This document shows positions 52,911 through 64,000 of a DNA stretch of 64,000 nt, piece after piece (positions within the stretch are counted from its first letter, which is position 1; every line of letters starts with the position of its first letter). The notes under the pieces were generated by a model, which was not told the DNA's origin, did no database searches, and saw only the letters and a program-made list of their open reading frames with translations. The translations under genes were made by a program, and so were the position numbers. The DNA is taken from contig JAHLTZ010000008.1 in NCBI GenBank assembly GCA_025786725.1, positions 755,656 to 819,655 on the forward strand, read 5' to 3'. Origin of the DNA: Syncephalis fuscata S228 (Eukaryota; Fungi; Zoopagomycota).

Positions 52911-54587
52911 ATGATTGGCAACTCTTTAGTGGCCCAAGTAGCACTTGCTACGGGTATCACACTATTGACAGCGGTAGCGCCCATCGCATTCATCCATCAT
53001 TTACTCCATTTGTTCCATGAGTCGCCACTTCTTCCGGCTCATGCACTCGATACACCATTCTCATTTTATTCGCTACTACACTACTGGTTGGGTGTTGAGC
53101 TTTTGTTTTATGTTTATTTTGTTACTACGTATCGCCGATTACAACGCGGTTCACGCTACGTGCAATTGACCGACCATGAACGAAGTGCACTATTCTATCG
53201 CTGCTGTAGCGAGTGTGGCCCACTTGAAAAGTTCTTTCCTGGCTGGTTTAAACGGGCTGAACATGTACCGCGGGCTATTCGACACGAACCGATTATTCTT
53301 GACGAAATCTATCGCGAAAATGCTCGCGAATGGCTGGCGTGGGGCTTTTTCGGCGGTACTTTAGAAGACGCACAAGCACGAGCACGTACTTGGAAGCAGC
53401 TTAACTGGATGCTTGACTATATTGAAGAGAATTTCCATCATCAATTTCCAAAAGGTTACAACACAGACTTGACAACTCTACGGCTCAACCTTGATCCGGT
53501 AAAGGCTGTACATAGACCGTGTTTCTTTTATGCAGTAAGTTACAACGAATGGCTTGTATAATTAATTATATGGCTAATGCTATTTATTCTGTATTGCTAG
53601 TTGATATTTGTTATAGATGGATTATGTAAAGTATTACTTTATCTAATTGGCTTTCGTCGTTATGGGCGTGAACCACGCAAGCTTACCGTTTTCGCAGCCT
53701 CGTTGGCCGGTGGCTATTACGACAACGATACAGAGCTGGATGGGGATCATGACATAGATAATCCATCTGAAGATGGTAATAAGAACGCTAATGGTCGTTC
53801 CGTTCGCCGTAGACCTTTAGTTACTTATTGGTATCGCCCTGGTCGTCCAGCCATGCCATTGGATAATGATAGCCAAGCACAGCAATCAGAATTAGAGCAA
53901 AAACAACCATTGCCTATTGTTATTACCCATGGTATTGGTATTGGTATAGCACCTTATTTTAAATTTGTTTGGCGAGTATTAGTTGCTACAAATGGTTCTG
54001 CTCCTATTTACCTCGTCGAGTTACCGCATGTTAGTATGCGTTTTTATGGCCGTCCACCTACTGTGCCAGAAACAACTCGCGAGTTAGATGCTGCACTGGT
54101 CGAACACGGGCATAGCCAGGCTGTATTTGTCGGCCATTCACTTGGCTCGGCAGTCGTGGCCGGCATGTGCCGTAGTTCACGTAAACGTGTGGCCGCTGCC
54201 GTTTTGGTCGATCCTATTTGCTTTTTATTACATCTACCGGCTGTAGCTTATGGATTCGTGCATCGTCGACCAACACGCGCCAATGAAAGATTTGTAGCTT
54301 TTTTTGCATCTCGCGAGCTATTTATTAGTCGATTCATTAGCCGTAGCTTCCATTGGTACCACTCTTGCATGTGGGCCGATGACTTGCCAAGTGATGCTAC
54401 AGTATTTTTATCACAAAATGATCTTCTCGTGCCATCACGCGAAGTAAGCGAGTACTTTAACCGTCAAAACGTCAATCATCATATGATGCCACTAGATCAT
54501 GCCCAATTTATGCTTAACCATGATTGGGAATCCAAAATTGTGCAAAATATTGCCGATTATGCTACCGGTGTTATTACTGCAGAGTAA
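52911..54587 (+). CDS. Membrane-associated alpha/beta hydrolase, one intron ~53536-53600
   Basis: LRLNLDPVKAVHRP, HGIGIG, nucleophile elbow GHSLGS, LVDPICFLL, C-terminal D (NDLLVP) and H (DHAQF). Confidence 0.9.
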
Positions 54588-54755
54588 CATCGCAGCTAAG
54601 CCAGTCAACTAAAATAAGTTTTTTTTAGTTTTATATTTGTGCGTGTTTGTATATGTATAAATGAATACGTACTAGTATTTATTTGTTTTAAAAAACATAC
54701 ATATACACTATAATTTTAACTAAAAATTTACCTGGACAATTATTTTATATCATTA

Positions 54756-55092
54756 ATAATGAGTAGTTTTGGTGTCTAATGACCTTTATTTTAATGCATT
54801 ATTGCTTCACTTGTTGTTCTACGATGTACCGACATGTTGGGTAAATTGACTTTTATTATTTACACTCCATTTATTAATGAATTAAACTCGGCTGTTTATA
54901 AATATTGACTGACAGGCTCCACAGCTCACAATCTACGTCATCACATTCCCTTTCTCTTTCTTCACACTTGATAGCATATATCCATTGCATATACTTGTAC
55001 ACTCCATATATACTATATAAATAGTGTTATTAGTTGAGTGCTTATTATTTAGGTACAAACACCTACGCTATGTACTTGCATTGCTCTTTTGT
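54756..55092 (+). repeat. Dispersed direct repeat, copy 1
   Basis: Highly similar to 63705-64000, with a near-identical core of roughly 200 bp. Confidence 0.9.
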
Positions 55093-56024
55093 AATCTGAC
55101 CTTATTTTACAAATCATCTTTACTTCGCTCATTGACATTGGCACCATTATTAATATAATAAATATATTTCTGACTTGTTTTTATGTTAACCATATGCTGT
55201 GAAATCTCATTGTATGTTTTTCTTTACTATAAGTCATTACAGTTCATTCAGTCTGTTACTAGCAAGATCTCAATATTAGCAAGTCGTGCTGCTGTGCTAG
55301 TATTAAGCACTGTTTTTTTATTTTTATGATTGAGTAAACATAGTTTTTCATTCAATTGCTTGGCAATAACACTAGCAACTAATGAAATATTAGCTTGAAA
55401 TTAAACAACAATATAAATAGCAAATAAATTTTTTACTTTAAATTATAAAAAGCTTTTATTATTATATAATCAATTATGCATGTAATAGCATAAAGTATTA
55501 TAAACGAGCGAAAAAGGTACATGGATGCCAGTGGTAAAGTTATAGCAGTGTGTTTAATAAACAGAATGCACTATATTATAAGAATGATAAAATGGATAAA
55601 AGGAATATGCATATTGGATAATAAATATACGATAATGACAATTTAATTGTTAATATAATTTACCATTCAGTTCCATGTTCACTAATAGAATGTTTAATTT
55701 CAATGTGTAAGTAATCAGTATAACCACTTAGTTTCCAAATAATAATCAATGTTAACAAACTGCTCCTAAAAACAAACTGGATACTGCTTTTAAACGACAC
55801 AGTACACTAAGTCATTGATGCATTTCATTTGATTTAAACATAACAAGTCCACAAATTCTTAGAAATTAAAATGCTTGCATTTGCTATACAAAGAATATAC
55901 TATACTAAGTGCTGTAGCTGAATAAATAATATATAATTTTAATATAATTTACTAGTTAATTTGCTATAAAAGAAATGCGGCAATAAAATACCAGACTAGT
56001 GCTGAATACATATATGTAAATTGC

Positions 56025-57862
56025 TTAGCCTTTAACTGTTCCTTCATACGGAACAAAAACAGCATGATCCGATGGTGATCCATTGACTCCAAGATTGGGA
56101 TCGATGACAATATACCCGGAATATGACCATATTTCATGTTTTAATATATTTGTTGGCGTACTAATTTTGATTATGACCTCGCTTATCTGATGTGGCTGTA
56201 GCTCAATAGATTCTGGAAAAAAACCTCTGCAATTACAGATGATCTTAGCGACATATCAATGGTATGCGGCAATCTTGGAACTGCAGCAGTTGGAATGTGT
56301 AGAAAACTATACGATAGCGATGTGGCAGATAGAGATGAAATCTTGATTGGCACATTCGCTACTTTGGCATACGTATATCCCATATTAACTGACGATGGTT
56401 CAGCGCGAATACTTCTAGCATCTATTAGCTTGTTAAGATTAATCATGCCTGCACCCTGATATAATGCAGGTGCATAATAATTTACACCTCTGTCTTTGAC
56501 TGGAACTGCGCTGTTTTGCAATACAGCCTTTATATATCCAATGCCAATCAACCTATTTCGATTGAGTTCAACTATCAGTGCAGTTGCACCGGCAACATAT
56601 GCAACAGCAGCCGATATATCGCTGAAATGAGGCTCGCCTCTTTTTTCATAAACGGTGGTAGTATAAACATCATAGCTTGGTGCCAAAATGTCAGGATAGA
56701 AAGGTGGTATGAATGGCTGATCTTGTGGCCCAGCTGTGTCGACAGCAACGCTGCCATACTTAGTGTAGCCATACTTTTCTGCAAAAATATATTTGTATCT
56801 AGGCTTATTCTTGTAGCCTTTTTTTATAAATAAAGCATCTTCTTCACTAATGCTAAACAAAGGTGTATCACATTGTTGCTTTAATTTGTAAGAGTCGTTT
56901 ACGATGATAAGTGCAGTCATTCCTATTGTTTTAGCGAGCTTTAGTATGGCATTTATTTCCGTCTTCCTATACCAGATAAGTGCAATGCCTCCTTGATGTA
57001 ATCCATTAAACTGTCCATCTGGTGCACCTATAGGATCGTTGGGAAAGATATCTACTTCGCCAAAGCTATAGCTCATGTCTGAACATCTGGACGTAAATTC
57101 AATACGACGTCCAGTTGTTTTTTCTTCAAACCAATGCGATAAACGATATTTTTGTTTAGCACCGCCAACGCCTAATACAGGAAGGTTTTTATATGAAAAG
57201 TGTTGCTGGTCTATAAAATTGTTGACCGTTGCTGCAACAATCATAATCACACCGTGTTTCGCAGCATCTTCGATTGTTAGTCTCAATTGGGTGCTACTTT
57301 CATCTGCAATGGCAATTTCTGGTAATACAATAATTTTCATTTGATCTTTGTATACTGCAGTTGTCAAAGCTTGCAGCACTATCGAGCTTGAAGTTGGACC
57401 TTCGCAGCCAAATACGCAATAAGTGCCAAGTGTTGCCTCGGGCGCAACTCCAGTAAAATAGTTGGTTTTTGCAACGGCGATCCCTGCTAGACCTATGCCG
57501 CGTTTATTGCATTTAGATCGATCTTTAAATTGGCCATATTTAGCAGCTATAAATTTGTGATTATATTCATAGTTTCCTTCAAATGCAGTAGCCCTAAGAT
57601 TAATGCCACTATCAATGATTCCGAGTTTTACGCCTTTCCCTTTGAAGCCCACGGTGTGAAGTGCTTGAATACCGGTGGGCACATAGTAAGGTGTTACATA
57701 AATTGGTTTGCCGGTGATTTTAGAGCTAATAACGGGATGGCGGGAGTTGGCTATTGCATAAAAGTTATCATCATATATTTTGGTACTGCCTATGATAAAA
57801 TGTTGCGTTGAACAAAGCAGCAGCAGTACAAAAGTAATAAATTGATGTGTTTGCATTACCAT
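56025..57862 (-). CDS. Secreted subtilisin-like (S8, PA insert, Fn3-like C-terminus) protein, probably catalytically inactive
   Basis: Signal peptide; GKGVKLGIIDSGI; GVAPEATLG; PDILAP; YVAGATAL; QGAGMIN; after a frameshift in an A-run at ~56220 the frame continues YSGYIVI...VPYEG to the stop at 56025. Confidence 0.85.
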
Positions 57863-58557
57863 TATCACTATAATCAACTTTTGTATAAAACGTATAACTT
57901 AATTGTATAAAAAGTGTTGATGAAAACAAGCGGAAATGAGACGCTGTATAGAGACGCTGTATATGAGATACAAATATTTAAATAAGTACCTAGCGGCTAT
58001 TTTAGCCCCAGATAAAATACCATAAGAGAATGCTAGCATGGGCTAGATGCCATTTTAGATTACCAAACAGGATACTCAAACGTGTGTTTAACTACTAATA
58101 ATGAAAGCCGCTAGTAATTTGATTTTAGTTGGTCATATTTCCAGTTTAGCAGCTATCATGTGGGGCTGTTTCTTTCTTAATCATTCGCCTCTATTTTATA
58201 TAGCTTTTATTTGATGGAGCTATTGCCCAAAATATTACATGCCAATGCATATAGTTTAACAATCAGTTTACAAATAAATGTAATAATTATGTATTCTAAG
58301 GTTATACAAAATTGTCATTGTAAACCATAGTAACTAGTTTGGCAGCTGATATGTTGCTACTATTCTGATATTGTGACAATAGCCACGTAAAAGCACAACT
58401 AAAAATACACCATGAACGACTGATCTGTTAAAATTGTATGTGGTTAATCACAAGAATAGTATATCTAGATTGAATATCAACACTAATTACTGATCCATAT
58501 AAGTACTTTAATATTAATTCGTAATAGTTATTACCAGATTAAAAAGCGTTTTTGCTA

Positions 58558-60170
58558 TAATTAGATGGCAATACTCAATGTATGTAAGTTAAAAACAATA
58601 GTAGTTGTTTGATTGATGAACTGTTGACAATAATATGTACAACTTTACGTATAGTCAAGCAAATCGCTTGATATTCTTGTAAACGTATGCACATATCATA
58701 TAGGTAGCTATTGGCAAAGTATACCGTTGTTATGTTGCGTGATAATATAATGTAGTGATAATACACTAATAAATGTGCAAAAATAGCAGTTTTTACAGAT
58801 TATAGCTCATATAATAAAATGTAGCAAAATGATTGCCGGATTTGAGTTCTTCTGCTTAGTTATACAGATCGGTACAAGAATGAACAAAAGTTTTGCAAAA
58901 AAATGTTAGTCAAAAATCCAATTTACGTATTTTTAATTTATTTGTAAAGCGCTAATAATATTACGTATAACTTTACGTATAATCAAGTAAATTACCTGAT
59001 ATTTTGCACAAGTATGCACATAACATATAGATAGCCATTGGCAAAGTATACCGTTATTATATTGCATAATGGTGCAATGGTAGCGATAATACGCCAATAA
59101 ATGTGCAAAAATAGCAGTTTTTTACCATTCATGACTTGTATAACTAAAATACAGCAAAATAATTGCTGGATTCGAGTTCTCCGTGCTTAGTTATACAGAT
59201 CAGTATAAAAATTGAAGCAATGATTTTTGTAACAAAAGTTGGTCAAAAATGCAATTTGAGTATTTGTTAACTAGAATTACGTTATACGTATACACATAGC
59301 ATAACTCGCTGCTGTGCATTGCTATTTCAACATAATGACTTGCTATCATGCTTGTTTTAGCACTGTAGAGCGCTGTAGATTTACTTTAGATTAAATTTTA
59401 TTTTTGTTATTAAATCTTTAAATTCGTGGGATTTGCATAATTTCTTGTCAACTAATAACACGTAAATTGCATTTTTGACCAACTTTTGTTGCAAAAATCA
59501 TTGCTTTAATTCTTATACTGATCTGTATAACTAAGCACGGAGAACTCGAATCCAGCAATTATTTTGCTGTATTTTAGTTATACAAGTCATGAATGGTAAA
59601 AAACTGCTATTTTTGCACATTTATTGGCGTATTATCGCTACCATTGCACCATTATGCAATATAATAACGGTATACTTTGCCAATGGCTATCTATATGTTA
59701 TGTGCATACTTGTGCAAAATATCAGGTAATTTACTTGATTATACGTAAAGTTATACGTAATATTATTAGCGCTTTACCAAATAAATTAAAAATACGTAAA
59801 TTGGATTTTTGACTAACATTTTTTTGCAAAACTTTTGTTCCAATTCTTGTACCGATCTGTATAACTAAGCACGAAGAACTCAAATCCGGCAATCATTTTG
59901 CTACATTTTACTTATATGAGCTATAATCTGTAAAAAACTGCTATTTTTGCACATTTATTAGTGTATTATCACTACCATTATATTATCACGCAACATAACA
60001 ACGGTATACTTTGCCAATAGCTACCTATATGATATGTGCATACGTTTACAAGAATATCAAGCGATTTGCTTGACTATACGTAAAGTTATACATATTATTG
60101 TCAACAGTTCATCAATCAAACAACTACTATTGTTTTTAACTTACATACATTGAGTATTGCCATCTAATTA
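58558..60170. mobile_element. Foldback-like palindromic element: ~700-bp inverted arms, ~206-bp spacer, internal ~290-bp duplication in each arm
   Basis: 58558-59257 is the near-perfect reverse complement of 59464-60170; no credible coding capacity. Confidence 0.85.
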
Positions 60171-61151
60171 CACTAAAAGTACTCTTTCAATATTGCTGCA
60201 TACTATCGTGGCATTAATGCAATACTTTTTATATTTAAATTTATAAACTAGTGTCATGTCGTCATTTTACTGCGGTGATAGCTATTAAAAATCAAGTATT
60301 ACAACCATATGATGATTGTATTGTTATGAAGCACATCCAAGCATTACACTGTGTTATCGAATGGCTGTTAAGATTACAGATTGGTCACAAGAACAATACA
60401 CTATTGGATATCAGCGCCGACTACTAACAATAAGAAAGTATTACAATAATATAACCAGTAAATACTTGTTTTTACGAACTAATAACATTGCATTGATAGT
60501 GTAATACTAAAGCATTTGGTTTTACTATTAGTTATGCCTACTACAAAGCAGCAACCTTATTTAGTATCAATAAAATATACTCGATTTCTAGTTTTACTTT
60601 ATTACTCATAGTATCATGCAAGCTATTCCGTTTATTATATCTAAATTATTATTACTAAATCAATATTGACTCACCAACACGTTTTATTCTGAACATTAAG
60701 GTAATCGTTAACAAGTAGCAAAGTCCAACATCATACAATAATGCTAGAATATGGTGCTGCTTGGCCATTAAGTTAAAACTCTTAAAAGTAAAATTGCAAC
60801 GTAATTTAACATGATTTGGGAATCAAATGAGTATAGGCAATATTCGTGCAATTAAACTAACCACTTGTTTTATTAAAGATAAAATGAAATAGTGAGTTTG
60901 ATAATTTAAGTTAATAAATAAAATAAGTATAAATCTCCAATGTATAGAGCTATTACTAAACAAACAATAGTTTGAATTAAAGCAATTTCAATTAGTCATT
61001 AAATAATATATAGTAGAATAAATAAATAATGAAGAGTGTGTGATTACAATGAATAAAGTGTGCTCAAGTCTATAAAATAAAATATGATTGACATATAATA
61101 TTTATATAAATAGATAGAAGATATATGAATACAGGATAGTGATAGTGATTA

Positions 61152-61262
61152 TTTTGATTATTGATGTCACTCACCGCCCAGTTCTATGTTCAATAGAATA
61201 ATGCTATCGATTATAGCCATTTGACTATCAAATCATATTAGATTGTTACTAAATTGTTTAAA
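61152..61262 (+). repeat. Dispersed ~90-110 bp repeat, copy C (more diverged)
   Basis: ATGTTCAATAGA...TAGCCATTTGACTATCAAATCATA...CTAAATTGTTTAA. Confidence 0.55.
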
Positions 61263-63704
61263 TAAACAGTGTAGTGATAGTCGTATCTAGTGTATTGTAT
61301 TCTAGTTATCTACATGCCAATAGCTTTTTAATTAAGCGAATATAATGCAACTCGAATTTCAAAAGTACGATAAACTATAAACAGTAACAGAGTTAACATT
61401 ATAATATTATGTCGTTTCACTAAACACACCATACACTTTATTGGAATTATTTTAGTTTAATATACATAACTTCCTCTTTGCCACCACTGCCACTTTGTTT
61501 ATTTAACTAACACAATTAAAGTGCGCAATAATACCAGCTAACACTTGGCTGGATAAAAAACCAAATGAATACATATTCCCTCCATTTGGAAAACCACATC
61601 AAGTGATAGCATCAGCAGCAATACATAGTACTACTATTGATACTTGTACTAATGATAGTAATAATTGGTATTGTAACTACATGCAAAAATGGTGGTGAAT
61701 GATGAAAAGTGCAATCCGGATATATTTGTCGTCCCGATACCAATGTTTGAATGACTATAACAAATGTTTGTTAGTATTGTTTAGTATTATAAAGTGCCTA
61801 CACCTAATTGATTGTTGTTCGTGTATAGTTTATAGTGTACATATAGCATGGTTGTTTTGTTGTTTGAATATTATTACTAGTTGTTATACAATACAATAAA
61901 TAAATTAAAATACTGTTGAAAGTTGCTAATCAAGATAGCATTTAATATAGAAACTAAGCGTCCACCTGGAGTACCGACAGTACTACGACTTGGGCGTAAG
62001 TAACAGTTGCCAGAAACACATAGCTCTATACTAGCGCCCGTCAAGATGATGATGTTGTTTAATAATGCTATAATACAATGTAGTAATTCAAGTGGAGCAA
62101 TAAGCAGCACTAGACTATGGACCCACCCATTTGTAGTTAGTGTGTAAAGCCAACGCATATGAATACTACAACATATTACAACTAAACAACACATGTCATA
62201 TGCCGATATGCTATTATAAGACCACAATATAACAACTAGCCTACGCTACAATGTAATCAATCGTAGAGATATCATCATTTTCGGTCGCTAGTCCAAGTTT
62301 TTTCAATACCCAAATGCCCCAGACGGCAGTTGAAAATTAAAATGATATGTCGACCAGTGCTATACTGTAAATCGTTTAATAGCACCCACAAATAAACAGT
62401 AACTGATATGCAATGCACCCTTTATAGGTGATCACATATCACACCTAGTCTAGTGTGTGATGATAGTATCCGGCAAGTTGGATACCGCTACACACCTCCA
62501 GCGCGCGTTTAAAACAAGTGAACACTAACATATGGCAACCCATTACAGGTCGCCGCATAAACATGAGGTGGATGTACAGCCCCAACATCTAACTTGCTAG
62601 ATATATCTACTGAACACCCCAATTTCCACATGCATCCGCACTATACTAGTATACAATCGCCTATTACGGGCAACTGTATAATACCGATCCCAGTATAATA
62701 CAATAGTCTGCAACATTATACTATACACACAATACTGCCCACAAGCAAGCACACAGTTACCATGATCAACCAAAAAGGGATCCCATACCACTGGATGTAA
62801 CTACTAAACTTGATGCTATACCATTAACAAGCGGTTTATGGCACATTAACAACTAGAAACAGGAGAAGGCGAGGTAATGAGCAAAAGTAATCTCAACACA
62901 ACCTTATAAAATTGTCTCAAAGCATATCTGCCAATTAAAATGGGTAATATTGGTAAATAGTATGTGCCAACTGTTCATTGGCGCGCTGCAACTGACTGAA
63001 ACCTAATGCTAGATACCATCTTATCAGTAAATTGGATTATAATCCCTTCCTTATTTCCATATTTGCTCACTTTTTGCCTTCCATTTGCCGGTCATTTCCG
63101 CGCATAATCAGCATATCTACACTGGCTAGTTGAATCAATTGGCCAATACAACTGAAACATAGCCAAATGCAACCATTCTTAATCAGTTGTACCACTATAA
63201 TAGCGGCTCTTTCCGATGCTATCAATATTGCCAGGGTCTAGCAGGTATTTTTGCTTTCCCCCAAGTATTCTTGCCATTCGCACACAATTAAATCAGTCGA
63301 TCCACACAATTTATTACTGTATTAGTTAAATAAAAATGACTACTTTTCTTTAGAAATATGGTCTATAGCATAATTCACCGATTGAGTTTCAATGCTACTA
63401 AATAGAAATAAAATACACGTTGTTCATATTACATTACAAAGTCCGTTAAAGCTATGAAGTAAAAACAGGAATAAACACGTAACCATATCGACTGCAAAGG
63501 CTAACATGAAAACTAGTATGATGTGGCACATGCATGCTTAGCCAAGTGATTATATAAAATACCGATATGCACAATAGTTTGCTATACAACTCAGGACTGA
63601 GCCATTGTGTTATTAAACAGAATATACTATAATAAATGTAACGTTAAAGTATTTGTAAAATAAAAATACTATTTTTATTTTATTTTCTGATAACATATTC
63701 TATG

Positions 63705-64000
63705 ATAATGAGTAGTTTTTGTGTTAGATGACTTTATTTTTAATACATTTATTCATTTACTATTAATCTGTTCTATGATGTACCAACATGTTGGGTAAAT
63801 TGACTTTTATTATTTACACTCCATTTATTAATGAATTAAACTCGGCTGTTTATAAATATTGACTGACAGGCTCACATCTCACAATCTACGTCATCACATT
63901 TCCCTTTCTCTTTCTTCACACTTGACAGCATATATCCATTGCATATACTTGTACACTTTATATATGTTATTTACACTATGTACTTGCATTGCTCTTTTGT
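63705..64000 (+). repeat. Dispersed direct repeat, copy 2 (runs off the right edge)
   Basis: Homologous to 54756-55092, with an internal deletion near 63960. Confidence 0.9.

Noticed and set aside
9240-56230. Multiple frameshifts in otherwise intact genes (methyltransferase ~9250/9780, ABCC ~28500/31010, F-box ~34200/34860/35200, subtilase ~56220) as programmed frameshifting or pseudogenisation
   Set aside because: Single-base indels, some in homopolymers, scattered across unrelated genes including conserved ones; most consistent with long-read consensus errors
58575-59812. ORFs inside the palindrome arms
   Set aside because: Chance ORFs in repeat DNA with no transposase motifs

Overview
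AT-rich fungal genomic DNA with short (~50-65 nt) GT-AG introns. The gene content (secreted kinase-like family, divergent subtilase, F-box-like proteins) suggests an early-diverging fungus, possibly a Zoopagomycota mycoparasite such as Syncephalis; this is inference. Conserved genes: UTP7/WDR46, a UPF0183/PHAF1-like gene, two LaeA-like SAM methyltransferases, an ApgM-type cofactor-independent phosphoglycerate mutase, NTAQ1/WDYHV1, an ABCC transporter, two F-box-like genes and an alpha/beta hydrolase. Effector-like genes between them: four signal-peptide kinase-fold genes sharing a catalytic-loop micro-exon (two form a near-identical inverted pair), a small secreted protein and a subtilase lacking its catalytic His. 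Mobile DNA: three decayed Fanzor/TnpB-like 3'-end copies with a conserved structured non-coding tail (candidate omegaRNA scaffold), a young 2.7-kb gag-only LTR element with TSD, PBS and PPT, two 5'-truncated LINE 3' ends, a 1.6-kb foldback palindrome and dispersed repeats. Many genes carry single-base frameshifts that look like assembly errors. Intron and repeat boundaries were read by eye and are approximate.
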